DNA of 64,000 bases, taken from assembly GCA_010909165.1 (NCBI GenBank), contig MU008176.1, positions 860,856 through 924,855 on the forward strand, given 5' to 3'. Source of the stretch: Anthoceros angustus (taxonomy: Eukaryota; Plantae; Anthocerotophyta). How positions within the stretch are numbered: position 1 is the stretch's first letter; every line of letters begins with the position of its first letter. Of this stretch, positions 25,001-35,782 are shown one piece after another. A model generated the notes under the pieces. The model was not told the origin of the DNA and did not search any database. It was given only the letters and a program-made list of their open reading frames with translations. The position numbers and the translations under genes were made by a program.

Positions 25001-28000
25001 CGGGCCACATCATTAGTGCAACAGTATCCGGGTAGATCCTCGCAAGGTCAAAGCCGGTGGATCGCCCCTACCTCGTGATATCACACAACTATTCGGCATG
25101 GCTTTACCGCCGCTTCATCCAAAGTTTCAGCAAGATAGCTGCTCTCGACGGATGCCCTCGTGCACTCAACCGCCAAACCCTTACAATCGACCGGGCCGTC
25201 TGTGCATTTGAATGCTCAAACAAGCCCTTAGTTCGCCTCCGTGGCGGTGGCGCACTGTGCCCCATACACCCCGCATACGATGCATCGATTTTGCTATGGG
25301 TGCAGATCACCAACAGTGGTCGAGCTATTGCAATCCGTGAAGTTGCAAGGCTGAATTATGTCATACATGACAAAGAGATGTTGGCGATCACCCACGCCTC
25401 AAGGTGTGGAGGCATTACCTCTTAGGCTGAAAGTGTGTCACACCACACACCCTTGCAACATTTCTTCTCACAACCTCTCAACTCCAGGGCGTAGATGGGC
25501 GAATATAAAGCGGTTTAGAGCCTCGAGATCAAGTATATTCTTTGGGACTTCTAACGTGGTCGCAGATGCCTTGAGTAGGAGAGCACACTCATGACCACAG
25601 TCCCAAAGCAGTGCGGTTAGTCGGGATGGATTGCCTCAAGACCCGAGAGTTGTGGCAGTTGTATCAAAGTCTCCTCGCAGACGCAGCAGGTATTCCCACA
25701 GCACTTACCCAACTCTATTCCCTCAAGGATGCTTGTGTTTACCGTAAGGGCCGGTTGGTCCCTCCCGCCATCAGCCAACAAGCCATCCTCCATGATCTGC
25801 ATGACTCCCCAATCTCCGGGCACTTGGGTATTGACAAAACCTATGCCAAGGTCCGGGAGCATTTCCACTGGGAAGGCATGCGCCCGACAGCATCGAGTGG
25901 GTGCGCTCACCTTGATCCTGCCACAAACCAAACCTAGCCATCGAAATACCTGTGTCTACTCCAACCCCTCCAAATCCTCGTTTGGTCAATAGCCATGGAC
26001 TTCATTACACACCTACCCGCTCCGAAGGACAGATCCGGTGGTGAGATAGGTTTTCCAAGGTCCGCCACTTCATTCCTGGCCACCGACCATTATCGAACCA
26101 AACTAGCTACCCTTTTTGTCCGTGAAATCTTCCGATTACACGGAACACCCGAGGACATTGTGTGGACGAAATTCACCCTTTTTGGCGGAACTTCATGGAC
26201 ACACGGGCATCAAATGAACATGTCTTCCGCCTATCACCCAGACGGGACAGAGCAGAATCAGTGTTAGAAGACATGCTTCGCCATTTCACACATGAGAAGC
26301 GGACAGTGGGAGGAACTCCTTCCCTTGTTGGAGTATGCGACACCCTTCAAGCACGCAGCCATGGGGTTACTCCTTCAAACTCTGCACGGTGAGACACCCC
26401 ACCTCCGTGCTTATGGCCCAACAAATAAGTGGCGGGCGGCCGAATCGCCGAGGACATTTGGCACGAGGTCAAGATGGCTCGACACAAACTCCAAGCAGCA
26501 CAAGACCGACTCGATCCAGCCAATCACACCGACGCGACGTCAACTACTCCTAGGCTTGTTTGGCTCGAGTCAAGCCCCATGTATCCCGCCATGATTCAAA
26601 GAACGCAGAAGCTCACCTACCGCTGCGGTGGCCTTTCCGTGTCGAACGCGCCAACAAGGTCGCGATCACCTTGAATCGCCCACCGCCAACATTCCATGTG
26701 TCCTCGTTGAAACCGTGATCCACCGTGCCGAACTTCTCCTGCCGACACCGAGTCTGTCCCAAGAACCCTACCAACCCTTCCAAAGACATGACTCCCCAAT
26801 CTCCGGGCACTTGGGTATTGACAAAACCTATGCCAAGGTCCGGAGCATTTCCACTGGAAGGCATGCGCCCGATTGCATCGAGTGGGTGCGCTCACCGATC
26901 CGCCAACAAACCAAACCTAGCCATCGAAATACCTGTGTCTACTCCAACCCCTCCAAATCCCCAAAGGCCGCTTCCCAATAGCCATGGACTTCATTACACA
27001 CCTACCTCGCGCCTCCTGAAGGACAAAGATCCGGTGGTGATGTATAGGTTTTCAAGGTCGCCACTTCATTCCTGCCACCACCATTATCGCAACCAAACTA
27101 GCCACCCTTTTTGTCCGTGAAATCTTCCGATTACTAACACCCGAGGACATTGTGATGGACGCTAAATTCACCTCCGGGTTTTGGCGGAACTTCATGGCAT
27201 CAACACAACATGTCTTCCGCCTATCACCCGAGACGGACGAGAAGCAGAATCGTGTTAGAAGACATGCTTTGCCATTTCACACATGAGAAGTGCAAGTGGA
27301 GGAACTCCTTCCCTTGTTGGAGTATGCGTGACACTTCAAGCACGCAGCCAGGGGTTACTCCTTCAAACTTCAGACGGTGAGACACCCCACCTCGTGCTTA
27401 TGGCCCAACAACAAGACAAGTGGGCGGAATCCGAGGACATTTGGCACGAGGTCAAGATGGCTCGACACAAACTCCAAGCACAAGACCGACCTGATCACGC
27501 CCAATCACCGACGCTGACGCCAACTACCTGCTAGCTTTGTTTGGCTCGAGTCAAGCCCCATGTATCCCGCCATGATTCAAAGAACGCAGAAGCTCACCTA
27601 CCGCTGGCCTTCCGTGTCGAACGCGCCAACAAGGTCGCATCAGCTTGAACCGCCCACGACCGGGCGCCACCAACATTCCATGTGTCCTCGGAAACCAAAG
27701 TGATCCACCGCGTCAACTTCTCCCATCGCTGACACCACCGAGTCTGGTCCCAAGAACCCCCCAACCCTTCCAAAGACTCCCATTCCCTCTCAGGAGGCCA
27801 GCGCCTTCCCTCCGAACCCCTCCCGACGTGATCACCACTTCCCACCAACCGACCCGCATCCTCCAGGCCGAGACTAGACCTCCCAGACCGACACATCCGT
27901 GACTTCTGGTTGCGTGGGAGGCGAGCCCGATTCGGCAACATGGGAACCCGAGGATTGCCTCCAATACCCTGCCTCAGGCACAGCAGATTCCATGGCCGGA

Positions 28001-28342
28001 GGACCCGCAAGTGGGGAGAATGAACGTGATGACGAGCCGCCACTCAAGTCATCCGCCGAGGAACCGGCTACCAAAAAGGTGAACCCTACGAAAACACTCA
28101 TGATTTTAGCAAATACCCAAATTGATACGAAAATAATTAAATGATACTAATTAAATAGATAAATGCCACTATAGGATATCCGGATAACTAAAATCGTTAT
28201 ACCAAGAGAATCCCAAGAAGTAGGGTAAGAAGGCGTGTGCTCACCTTCTTGGCATTGCCTGCACACATGTATTTATAGCGAATCTGAACATGAAGAAAAC
28301 GTCCATTTTCCTGAAGCTGGAACTCAGAGTTGCCCCGTAACA
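21689..28342 (+). mobile_element. Full-length Ty3/gypsy chromovirus (LTRs 21689-22007 and 28021-28342; gag-PR-RT-RH-INT-chromodomain), frameshifted
   Basis: TSD TTGAT at 21684-21688 and 28343-28347; PBS tggtatcgagagc 22012-22024; PPT gtggggagaa 28011-28020. Gag LEGYAYRWW, QQGSVQEY; RT CIDYRGLN, MPRIDEIL; RH NYVIHDKEMLAI, NVVADALSR; INT LHDSPISGHLGIDKT, MDFITHLP, SSAYHPDG; chromodomain LVAWE..EPDSATWEPEDCL (~27905-27965). Confidence 0.95.
25800..27775 (+). repeat. ~990-bp tandem duplication of the integrase segment inside the chromovirus
   Basis: catgactccccaatctccgggcacttggg at 25800 and 26788; both copies end in ccaacccttccaaagac; gactccc microhomology at the junction. Confidence 0.92.
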
Positions 28343-28628
28343 TTGATTATTTCGATTGTCTTCTTGTTTGCATCACACACTTTTATCGTCCCTCTAGTTC
28401 AGACGTACGTATGTATACCCAGTTTTTCATCTCTTTTTATATTGTACTATCTTTGTCCCATGATGGTGTTTCCATCCTTAGTCGACATAAATAAAATTGT
28501 TGTTGTTGGTTGCCCCCGTCAACACTAGGAACTTGAAATTAGCAAATCATTGGTTCGAATCGCCAAGACAGTGAACGGGCACGATCTTGCGGGAGTTGGA
28601 GAATTATTATGCACAAATTTTAGTTTTT

Positions 28629-28707
28629 ACAAGGAACTTAATGGATTCTTACAAGGAACTTAATGGATTCTTACAAGGAACTTAATGGATTCTTACAAGG
28701 AGCTTAA
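28629..28707. repeat. 22-bp minisatellite, ~3.5 copies
   Basis: Unit acaaggaacttaatggattctt. Confidence 0.95.
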
Positions 28708-28717
28708 CTGTATTTTG

Positions 28718-29035
28718 TAAATCATAGGAGTAAAGGATAATTAAAATTTATATTTAAAATCATAGGAGTAAAAGGATAATTAAAATTTATATTTAAAATC
28801 ATAGGAATAAAGGATAATTAAAATTTATATTTAAAATCATAGGAGTAAAGGATAATTACAATTTATATTTAAAATCATAGGAGTAAAGGATAATTAAAAT
28901 TTATATTTAAAATCATAGGGGTAAAGGATAATTAAAATTTATATTTAAAATTATAGGAGTAAAGGATAATTAAAATTTATATTTAAAATCATAGGAGTAA
29001 AGGATAATTAAAATTTATATTTAAAATCATAGGAG
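28718..29035. repeat. 38-bp AT-rich minisatellite, ~8 copies
   Basis: Unit aaaatcataggagtaaaggataattaaaatttatattt. Confidence 0.95.
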
Positions 29036-29065
29036 TTCATGAGAACTTTACAGTCAAGCATTCTT

Positions 29066-29262
29066 TCGTCCTATCACTCCTAGAATGCTTCAACCTTATG
29101 ACTATTAGAAATGGGTGCTATTCATTGCCCATTGTAAAGCCCTGCTTATTTTCCCATTTTGTCCGTCCTATCACTCCTAGAATGCTTCAACCTTATGACT
29201 ATTAGAATGGGGTGCTATTCATTGCCCATTGTAAAGCCCTGCTTATTTTCCCATTTTGTCCT
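29066..29262. repeat. ~99-bp direct tandem duplication
   Basis: cgtcctatcactcctagaatgcttcaacc...ttttcccattttgtc occurs twice. Confidence 0.92.
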
Positions 29263-30073
29263 CCCTTGAGCAGTGACAGTCAAACAAGTTCATGGGAACT
29301 CCACGGTCAAGTGAGTCCTTTGGTCCCATCACTACTAGGATGGGCACTATCCATCGCCCCATTGCATAGTTCTAAAGACCTACAGTGCTGCCCTCTAGTA
29401 AAGCTCTATACCTTACGAAGCTACTTGTTAGAAAGTCCTACGGTCTATGGGACTTGTCTCTTGTAAGGCCACAAAATCACTGATTTCCATTGGAGTAATG
29501 GAATATTATCGCTCATGTATGTTTGCTTAATGTCTTCTCCACATAGTTTTGATAAAGATTAAAAATGATTTTTCAGCTCTCCTTTTCCATATCGTTTTTA
29601 TGGAGTTGTAGAAAACATTTCTAGCTTTTCTCCTCCATGTCGTTTCCATGTAGGTGTAGAAGGTCTTTCTAGCATTTCTTCTCTATGGTGTAGAAGGACT
29701 TTCTAACTCTGACTGTCATCATCCTTAGTCGACTAATATACGTTGGCATAATATGACATTTTTTTTTCTTGCCAAAATTATGATATTTCCCTTTTTCTTG
29801 ACGGTCATCCATTCTTAGTTGATCATCGTAAATTGGTATAACATTTCCGTTTCATAAGTAGTCATCCATATTTAGTCGATTTATTTTTGTCCTTAATTTT
29901 GGAAGCTTTTCACGCTCTATGAATAAATCGTCCCATACAACATCATGGATTTCCATTGGAGTACCAGAAGAACCTATGGAAAAATGTTCTAGGAGTAATG
30001 AAATGTTCAGGGTAATGTGATGTTTGGTTAACGTCATCTCCACATAGTTTCCATAGAGACTTAGAAGGACTTT

Positions 30074-30958
30074 TTAGCTCTCCTTTTTCCAAATCGTTGC
30101 AATGGAGTTGTAGAAGAAATTTCCAACTTTTCTTTTCCATGACGTTTTCCCTGAAGGTGTAGAAAGATTTTCTAGCTTTTCACTTCCATCCATCCGTAGT
30201 CGACAATTATAAATTGGTGTAATTTGATATTTTCTTTTTCTTGCCGGAATTGTGATATTTCCTTTTCCTTGACAGTCATCCATTCTTCTATCATCGTAAA
30301 TTGCTGTAACATTTTCATTTTTTGAGTAGTCATTGATGGCTAGTTGATCTATTTTTGTTCTTATTTTTGGAAGCTTTTCACATTCTTTGAATAAATCGTC
30401 CCATACAACATCATGGATTTCCATTGGAGTATCGGAAGACCCTGTGGAAGAATGTCCTAGCTCTTGACTGTCGTCATTCCTTAGTAGACTATTATAAATT
30501 GGTGTAGTATTTCCTTTTTCTAGACAATCATCCATCTTCAGTCGACTATTATAAATTGGTGTGATATTTCCTTTTTTAAGATAATCATCCATCCTTGATC
30601 GACTATTATAAATCGATGTAGTACTTCCTTTTTCTAGATAGTCATCCATCCGTGACCGACCATGATAACTTGGCGTAGTACTTCCTTTTTCTAGATAGTC
30701 ATCCATCCTTGATCGACTATTATAAATTGATGTAGTATTTCCTTTTTCTGAACATTCATCCATCCTTAGTCGATTATTATAAATAGGAGTAAAATTTCTT
30801 TTTTCTTGGAGGTTATGTATCTTCATTCGACTATTATAAATTGGAGTAAGAGGAAAAATGATAATATTTTTTTCTTCTGTCCTTATTTTAGTTCTTACTC
30901 TTGGAAGTTTTTGGCACTCTTCCAATAAATCATCCCAAACATAATTATAACTTCCCAT
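30074..30958 (-). CDS. Orphan ORF built from ~20-aa repeats (TPIYNSRxRMDDYLEKGNT) and a larger WDDL-containing repeat
   Basis: About 294 codons open from ATG 30958 in AT-rich DNA. Degenerate repeat copies continue to ~29480. TATAAAAG lies upstream on the minus strand (~31240-31247). No recognisable domain. Confidence 0.4.
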   Translation of the reverse strand: MGSYNYVWDDLLEECQKLPRVRTKIRTEEKNIIIFPLTPIYNSRMKIHNLQEKRNFTPIYNNRLRMDECSEKGNTTSIYNSRSRMDDYLEKGSTTPSYHGRSRMDDYLEKGSTTSIYNSRSRMDDYLKKGNITPIYNSRLKMDDCLEKGNTTPIYNSLLRNDDSQELGHSSTGSSDTPMEIHDVVWDDLFKECEKLPKIRTKIDQLAINDYSKNENVTAIYDDRRMDDCQGKGNITIPARKRKYQITPIYNCRLRMDGSEKLENLSTPSGKTSWKRKVGNFFYNSIATIWKKES

Positions 30959-31534
30959 TGTAATACCAGAGCCTTTTTCAAAATAAATAAAATAATGCAA
31001 CAACAAGACAAATGATTATAATTATGATATTAGATGGTCTGGCTCGGAAGAACTCCGAGGAAGCAGACCTACGTGGAAAAATTGACCTTAGAAGAAGTGT
31101 AGGGCGACGAAGAAGTTAACCAAAAAAATTCACCCTAGAGACAGCAAATAAACGAGAGGAGTTTATAATATATGATAATGAGTTTATAATATATGGTAAT
31201 AAGTACCAAAAAGTTACTCCTCTATTGGTTGAGGATGCCCTTTTATACTGAGGACCGGAGGAGCTTTTGACATATTCATCCTAAATAATATATTTCTAAA
31301 TACGATAATTAAATATATCATCATGCTCGTCGCAATATAGGTAATGTCCAAACTAAGACCACGATATTTTACCTGTTTCGCGATCCGGTATGTCACCTAT
31401 TTCGCGATTCTGCGATTGAAGCCTTTGACGATTTTCGAACGCATTGCACCGGGAGTCGGAGTCCTTTTGCAGAACGCATTGAGAGCTTTGTTTTATGTTC
31501 AAAGATATGTAGGCAGAGAATTGGCTGGACGACT

Positions 31535-33214
31535 CTAGAGCGTACGCGACTGCAGAGAGGCGTCCGCAAGAAGGGCCTGGGCAGCTCGCTTGCCCGAGAC
31601 GAGGGCGCCATGGTGGGTGGCGTGGTCCCGGTGGTCACCGCACACATAGAGCTTCTGGCCCAGCCTCACCTCGCGGGCGAGGTCGGTGGGAGGGTCCAGA
31701 TTAGGTTGCCCGAACACCACCTTGTAGCTACGCAGAAACTGCCATCGCGAAACCACGGACGCTCCGAACCAGCCCGCGAGCTCCTGCCTCACCGCCTCCT
31801 CCAGCCCCTCCTTGTCCCAGTCCGCGGCGCCCAGCCGCAGGCCCACGCTCATGAGGCTCTTGCCCGGGGGCGCGTACGAGGGGGCGACGTTGGACACCAC
31901 CACCACGCTGTTCACCACGCCCTTCCCGGATCCGTTGAGGTAGAGCAGCGGCCCGGCGTATGGGGCCTCGTCTGCGGAGTAGTACAGGGTGGCGGAGTTC
32001 CGGGGCGGCCGAGTCACCGGGCCGCTCGGCGGGAGGGCGTCGCCCAGGAGACGGGCGGCCTCGGGGCCCTCCACCGCGATCACCACCCCGTGCCGGCTTC
32101 TGACGATGCGTCCGTTTTCGAGCTTCACGCCCGGGGTTCCGTCCAGGACCAGGGAGGACGCTCGGGAGTTGAGCCGGACGGCGCCCGCCGGTAGCCGGTC
32201 TGCGAGCTGCTGCGGGATGGCCCCAATCCCCCCCGCGGGGAGCACGTTGGCGCCAAGTGCGAAGGCGCGGAAGATGAACTCGTAGAGCCGGGACGAGGAG
32301 GCGAGCTCGAAGTCGAAGAAGACGCCCCCGAAGAAGGGGCGGAAGAAGGCGTCGATCATGGACTGGGAGAAGCCCTCCCGTTTGAGACGCTGGAGCGCGG
32401 ATTCTTCTTCCGCGTTCAGAATGTCTTCCACGGACCGGGAGGAAGCCTTCAGCCTGCTTGCGAGGAAGAGTTTTTAGGTCAGTTGAAGGGAAGGGAAGGG
32501 AAGGCAAGGGAACGGAGCGAAGAATGAATGGAAGCTTGAGGATGGCGGACTTGGGAGGAATGTAGTACACTACCTCACGATGCCGACCAGGAGCTTGTCC
32601 AGCACCGAGCCCACGGGGTTGAAGATGGCGAGGATGCCGTCCACAGGGTGGCGGAAGGGGTCAGCCAGGCGGTGGAAGCCGTCGTCCAGCTTCACCACGG
32701 CGCCGGCGTAGAACTTCTGGAGGTCCAGGGCCTCGTAGTCCAGCACCTCCTGGGCCTCAGGGTAGCCGGAGAGCAGGAGCTGGAATCCGCGGTCCAGCTT
32801 GAATCCCTGGTGGAGGTCGGTGCGCACTCTGCCGCCCACGCCGTCCGAGGCTTCCAGGAGGAGGAAGGGGACGTCGGCCTGCGCCAGCTGACGGGCTGCA
32901 GCCAGGCCCGCCAGGCCTGCTCCCACGATCACCACCCCGGTCTCCTCTTCTGGGCCTTCTTCCGCATTGCTGCTGCTCCCCGCGCTGCTGGGCCTCTCGT
33001 CTGTGGACACAGCTGCGGCTCTGGTGGTGCCAGCCTTCCGCACTCGCCGCCATTGCGCTGCTTCAGGTGCGATGCGTCTCAGCTTGAGTCCGGGCTTGCT
33101 TTGGAGCAGGAAGTGGACTTCGGATTTGAGGCCGGCGGGCTTGGGCTGCTGCTGGTCCAGAGACTTGGGGACGAGGTGGGTGCCGGCACGGCAGACTGGG
33201 CTGGAGAGCAACAT
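31535..33214 (-). CDS. FAD-dependent (flavin amine oxidase family) oxidoreductase with probable plastid transit peptide; At3g09580-like; 2 exons
   Basis: VVIVGAGLAGLAAA (Rossmann), LEASDGVGGRVRTD, LDRGFQ, C-terminal LYVCGDHR...GALVSGKRAA. A phase-2 GT-AG intron at 32454-32573 joins GIVR to LKASSRSVEDIL. Start ATG 33214 is assumed. Confidence 0.92.
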
Positions 33215-34069
33215 CCTGGCCTGGCCGAATTCGCTTTGGATCACCCGCTGTTCGGGGCTCCTCCGGGCATGAAAATCTACTGCTCCTTTATTGCCGCTTG
33301 CTTTCACGCTTTGTGAGAGCGAGTTGGAGATGCCGTCACCCTCGGAGGTCGAGATGCAGATACCGTCGCAGCCAAATCACTTCATCCTCTTGTGTCTCCA
33401 AGAACAGATTTGAGGCTCGTGATCCCCGTATCTTGAGAAGGATTCTAACCTCGTCCCTCGTATCCCACATCCATCAACGAGTAGGGGTGACTTGCGCGTG
33501 GCCCAGTGCAAGGTTATCAGTACCAGACTGTCTTTTGGATGGGACAAGTGGGAGCTGTTGAATGGATAATGTTCTCTCTGGATGTCCAAGTGCGTCGGCA
33601 GCAGTGCACTTTTCACCAGTCTACATAGGTACTGATGGGGGGGAGAAAGGAGTTAATCAGCTGGCACAGCGAGCATTACTACGAGTCCGGTGCTAATCGT
33701 GTGATAAGTTATCTACAAAATAATCTGGTAAAATTATCCGTCGGGTGAGTCTCTCAGCTTCCCTCTCCCCAAAAGTGCAACTGGTCTCTGGCAGAGTACA
33801 ACTGACATGAGCGCTACCCAAGAACAACCTCGTACTCGTCGTTTTGGGGATCGATGACCTTCGTCATTGCCAACTCGTTACCACCTCTCTTGCTGTTGCT
33901 GCCAAACCGAAAAGCACCGAGACTGAGTACGAGGAAGGAGTATCAGCAATGGGAAATGCAGACAAGAGGATCAACACGGTAGGCACCTGTATCTCAGTGC
34001 AGCTTGTCTCATCCGGCAGCTTTGTGCATGTCAGGAGCAGGATTGTCCGTTGTCACCAACACCTTGTGG

Positions 34070-35573
34070 CTACACTATCACCTTCTGGGCCTCCAGCAAC
34101 GAAGATTTGACGCTTGCAGAGAGCTCCCATCCCTTTTCCACCATCTTCTGGTACATGCTGCCGGCCTCTTCAGAGAGTTTCCCCACCAGGAGGCCCTGAA
34201 TGAGTCTGTTGTACCCTCCCTCATCTACTTCCATCCGAGCGTCGCTCATGACCTGCCGAATGTCTCTGACTTTTTCCAACTGGCCTGAGCGTGCATATAC
34301 CTCGTACATGTTCGTTGCCACTCTGGGAGTAAGTCGGAAGCCTCTGTTGAGGTAGTCCCGGTACACCTCCTCGGTTTCTGTCACCAGGCCATATCTTGCC
34401 AAGTAGCCCATCAAGGTTGTGAGGGCGTCAGGTCCAGGCCTGATCTGAGCCTTCTCCAAATCCACCAGTAGCTGCACAGCCATTTCAATGGTACCTGCCT
34501 TCTCGTAGGCCACAATCATTCGGCTGATAAGTCGGTCATCAGGGACCAGGGCTACATCCAGCAGCAGCTGGAATGTCTTGACAGCACCTTCTGCATGCCC
34601 TGCTTTTGTGTAAGCATCTATGAGGGCCGTGAAGGCTTTCAGGGTGGGCCTGACTCCGTTCACCTGCATCAGGTTGAACACTCTCTCTGCTGCAATTGCT
34701 TCCCCAGCCCTTCCGTAAGCTGAGATCAGGGCAGTGAAGGCATCTGCGCTCATCAGTCCAGGAGAAGCCGTCAACAAGGCCTCCGCTTCTGCTGGCAAAC
34801 TCGCGAGCCCATATGCCACTATCAATGCTGTCAAAGCCTTGCTGTCCGGCTTGAGCCCAGCCTTCCCAATCTGCTCAAAGGCATCCCTGGCCCGATCCAC
34901 CAGGCCAAGCCTACCATACAAACTTATCAAAACAGTGTACGTGACCACGTCTGGTGCAAATCCAGACTCCAGCATTTCCTTCAGAGCGCTCTCTGCCTCG
35001 TCCAATCTCTCCAGCTTGCCATACTTGTCAACAAGCTTCGTGTAGTCCCGTGCGCAGACCTCGAAGGCCTGCTCATCCAGAGCAAAATGGAAGACCTGCA
35101 GCACAGCCAGCAACAGAATGGGCTTCAGTCACCAAGCACATTTTCTTCCTGAACGTGCGTTGCATCGTGACGAACACCTTGAAGTAGAGATCACGGTCTC
35201 GGAAGTTGTCGAACTCTATCAGCAAGTCCAGCCAGTCCCGCCTTCGGGGAGTCATGCCCCGAACCCAGCGCCGAAGAACCTCCCAGACGGATTGCTCGTC
35301 CAGAGATGACCGAAGCTCCCGAATGACGAGCCTCGCCCTGTTGGTCACCCTTCCCTCGACGGAAGTCTCGTTTCTCCAGAACTTTCTCGTAGAAGCCAGC
35401 ACCTTGACATTGCAATCCTTTGCAGCATTTCGTAGCCCAGTTGTTCCCCACAATGTTGAAAATGAGCAAGACAGAAGGCCTGTCTCCAAAGCTTTGGGCA
35501 AATCCCGTTGGCCAGGTGATGTCCCAACCATTCGTGTTGTTGCAGCCTGAAGACATGAACCGCATGCTGCCAT
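34070..35573 (-). CDS. P-class pentatricopeptide repeat protein (At1g01970-like); 2 exons
   Basis: 35-aa repeats (PDVVTYTVLISLYGRLG, PTLKAFTALIDAYTKAG). GT-AG intron 35096-35177 joins DLYFK to VFHFALDEQAFEVCARDYTKL. The WVRGMTPRRRDWL block is typical of this orthogroup. Confidence 0.9.
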
Positions 35574-35782
35574 GTTGAATTGAGAACCTGGCGTTGGCTA
35601 CCTTCTTCCATTGCTGTGTATGAAGAAGTTGAATCTCTGCTGCCCTAATAGCGGCAATCTGATCAGCATTCCGGGGGACTCGTCCTGCTGCGCTCCCGGA
35701 ATGTTTTCTCTGCTTTGTTGTTATGTGTGTCGAGTGTAGCAGCTAAAGAGGAGGCCTCCGAACAGCGTTGTTTCTTCAAACC

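Noticed and set aside
28629-29035. 22-bp and 38-bp repeats as a CRISPR array
   Set aside because: Head-to-tail units with no unique spacers, no cas genes, and a eukaryotic context.
31610-33316. Several overlapping ORFs of 100-280 aa
   Set aside because: GC-rich shadows of the oxidoreductase exons.
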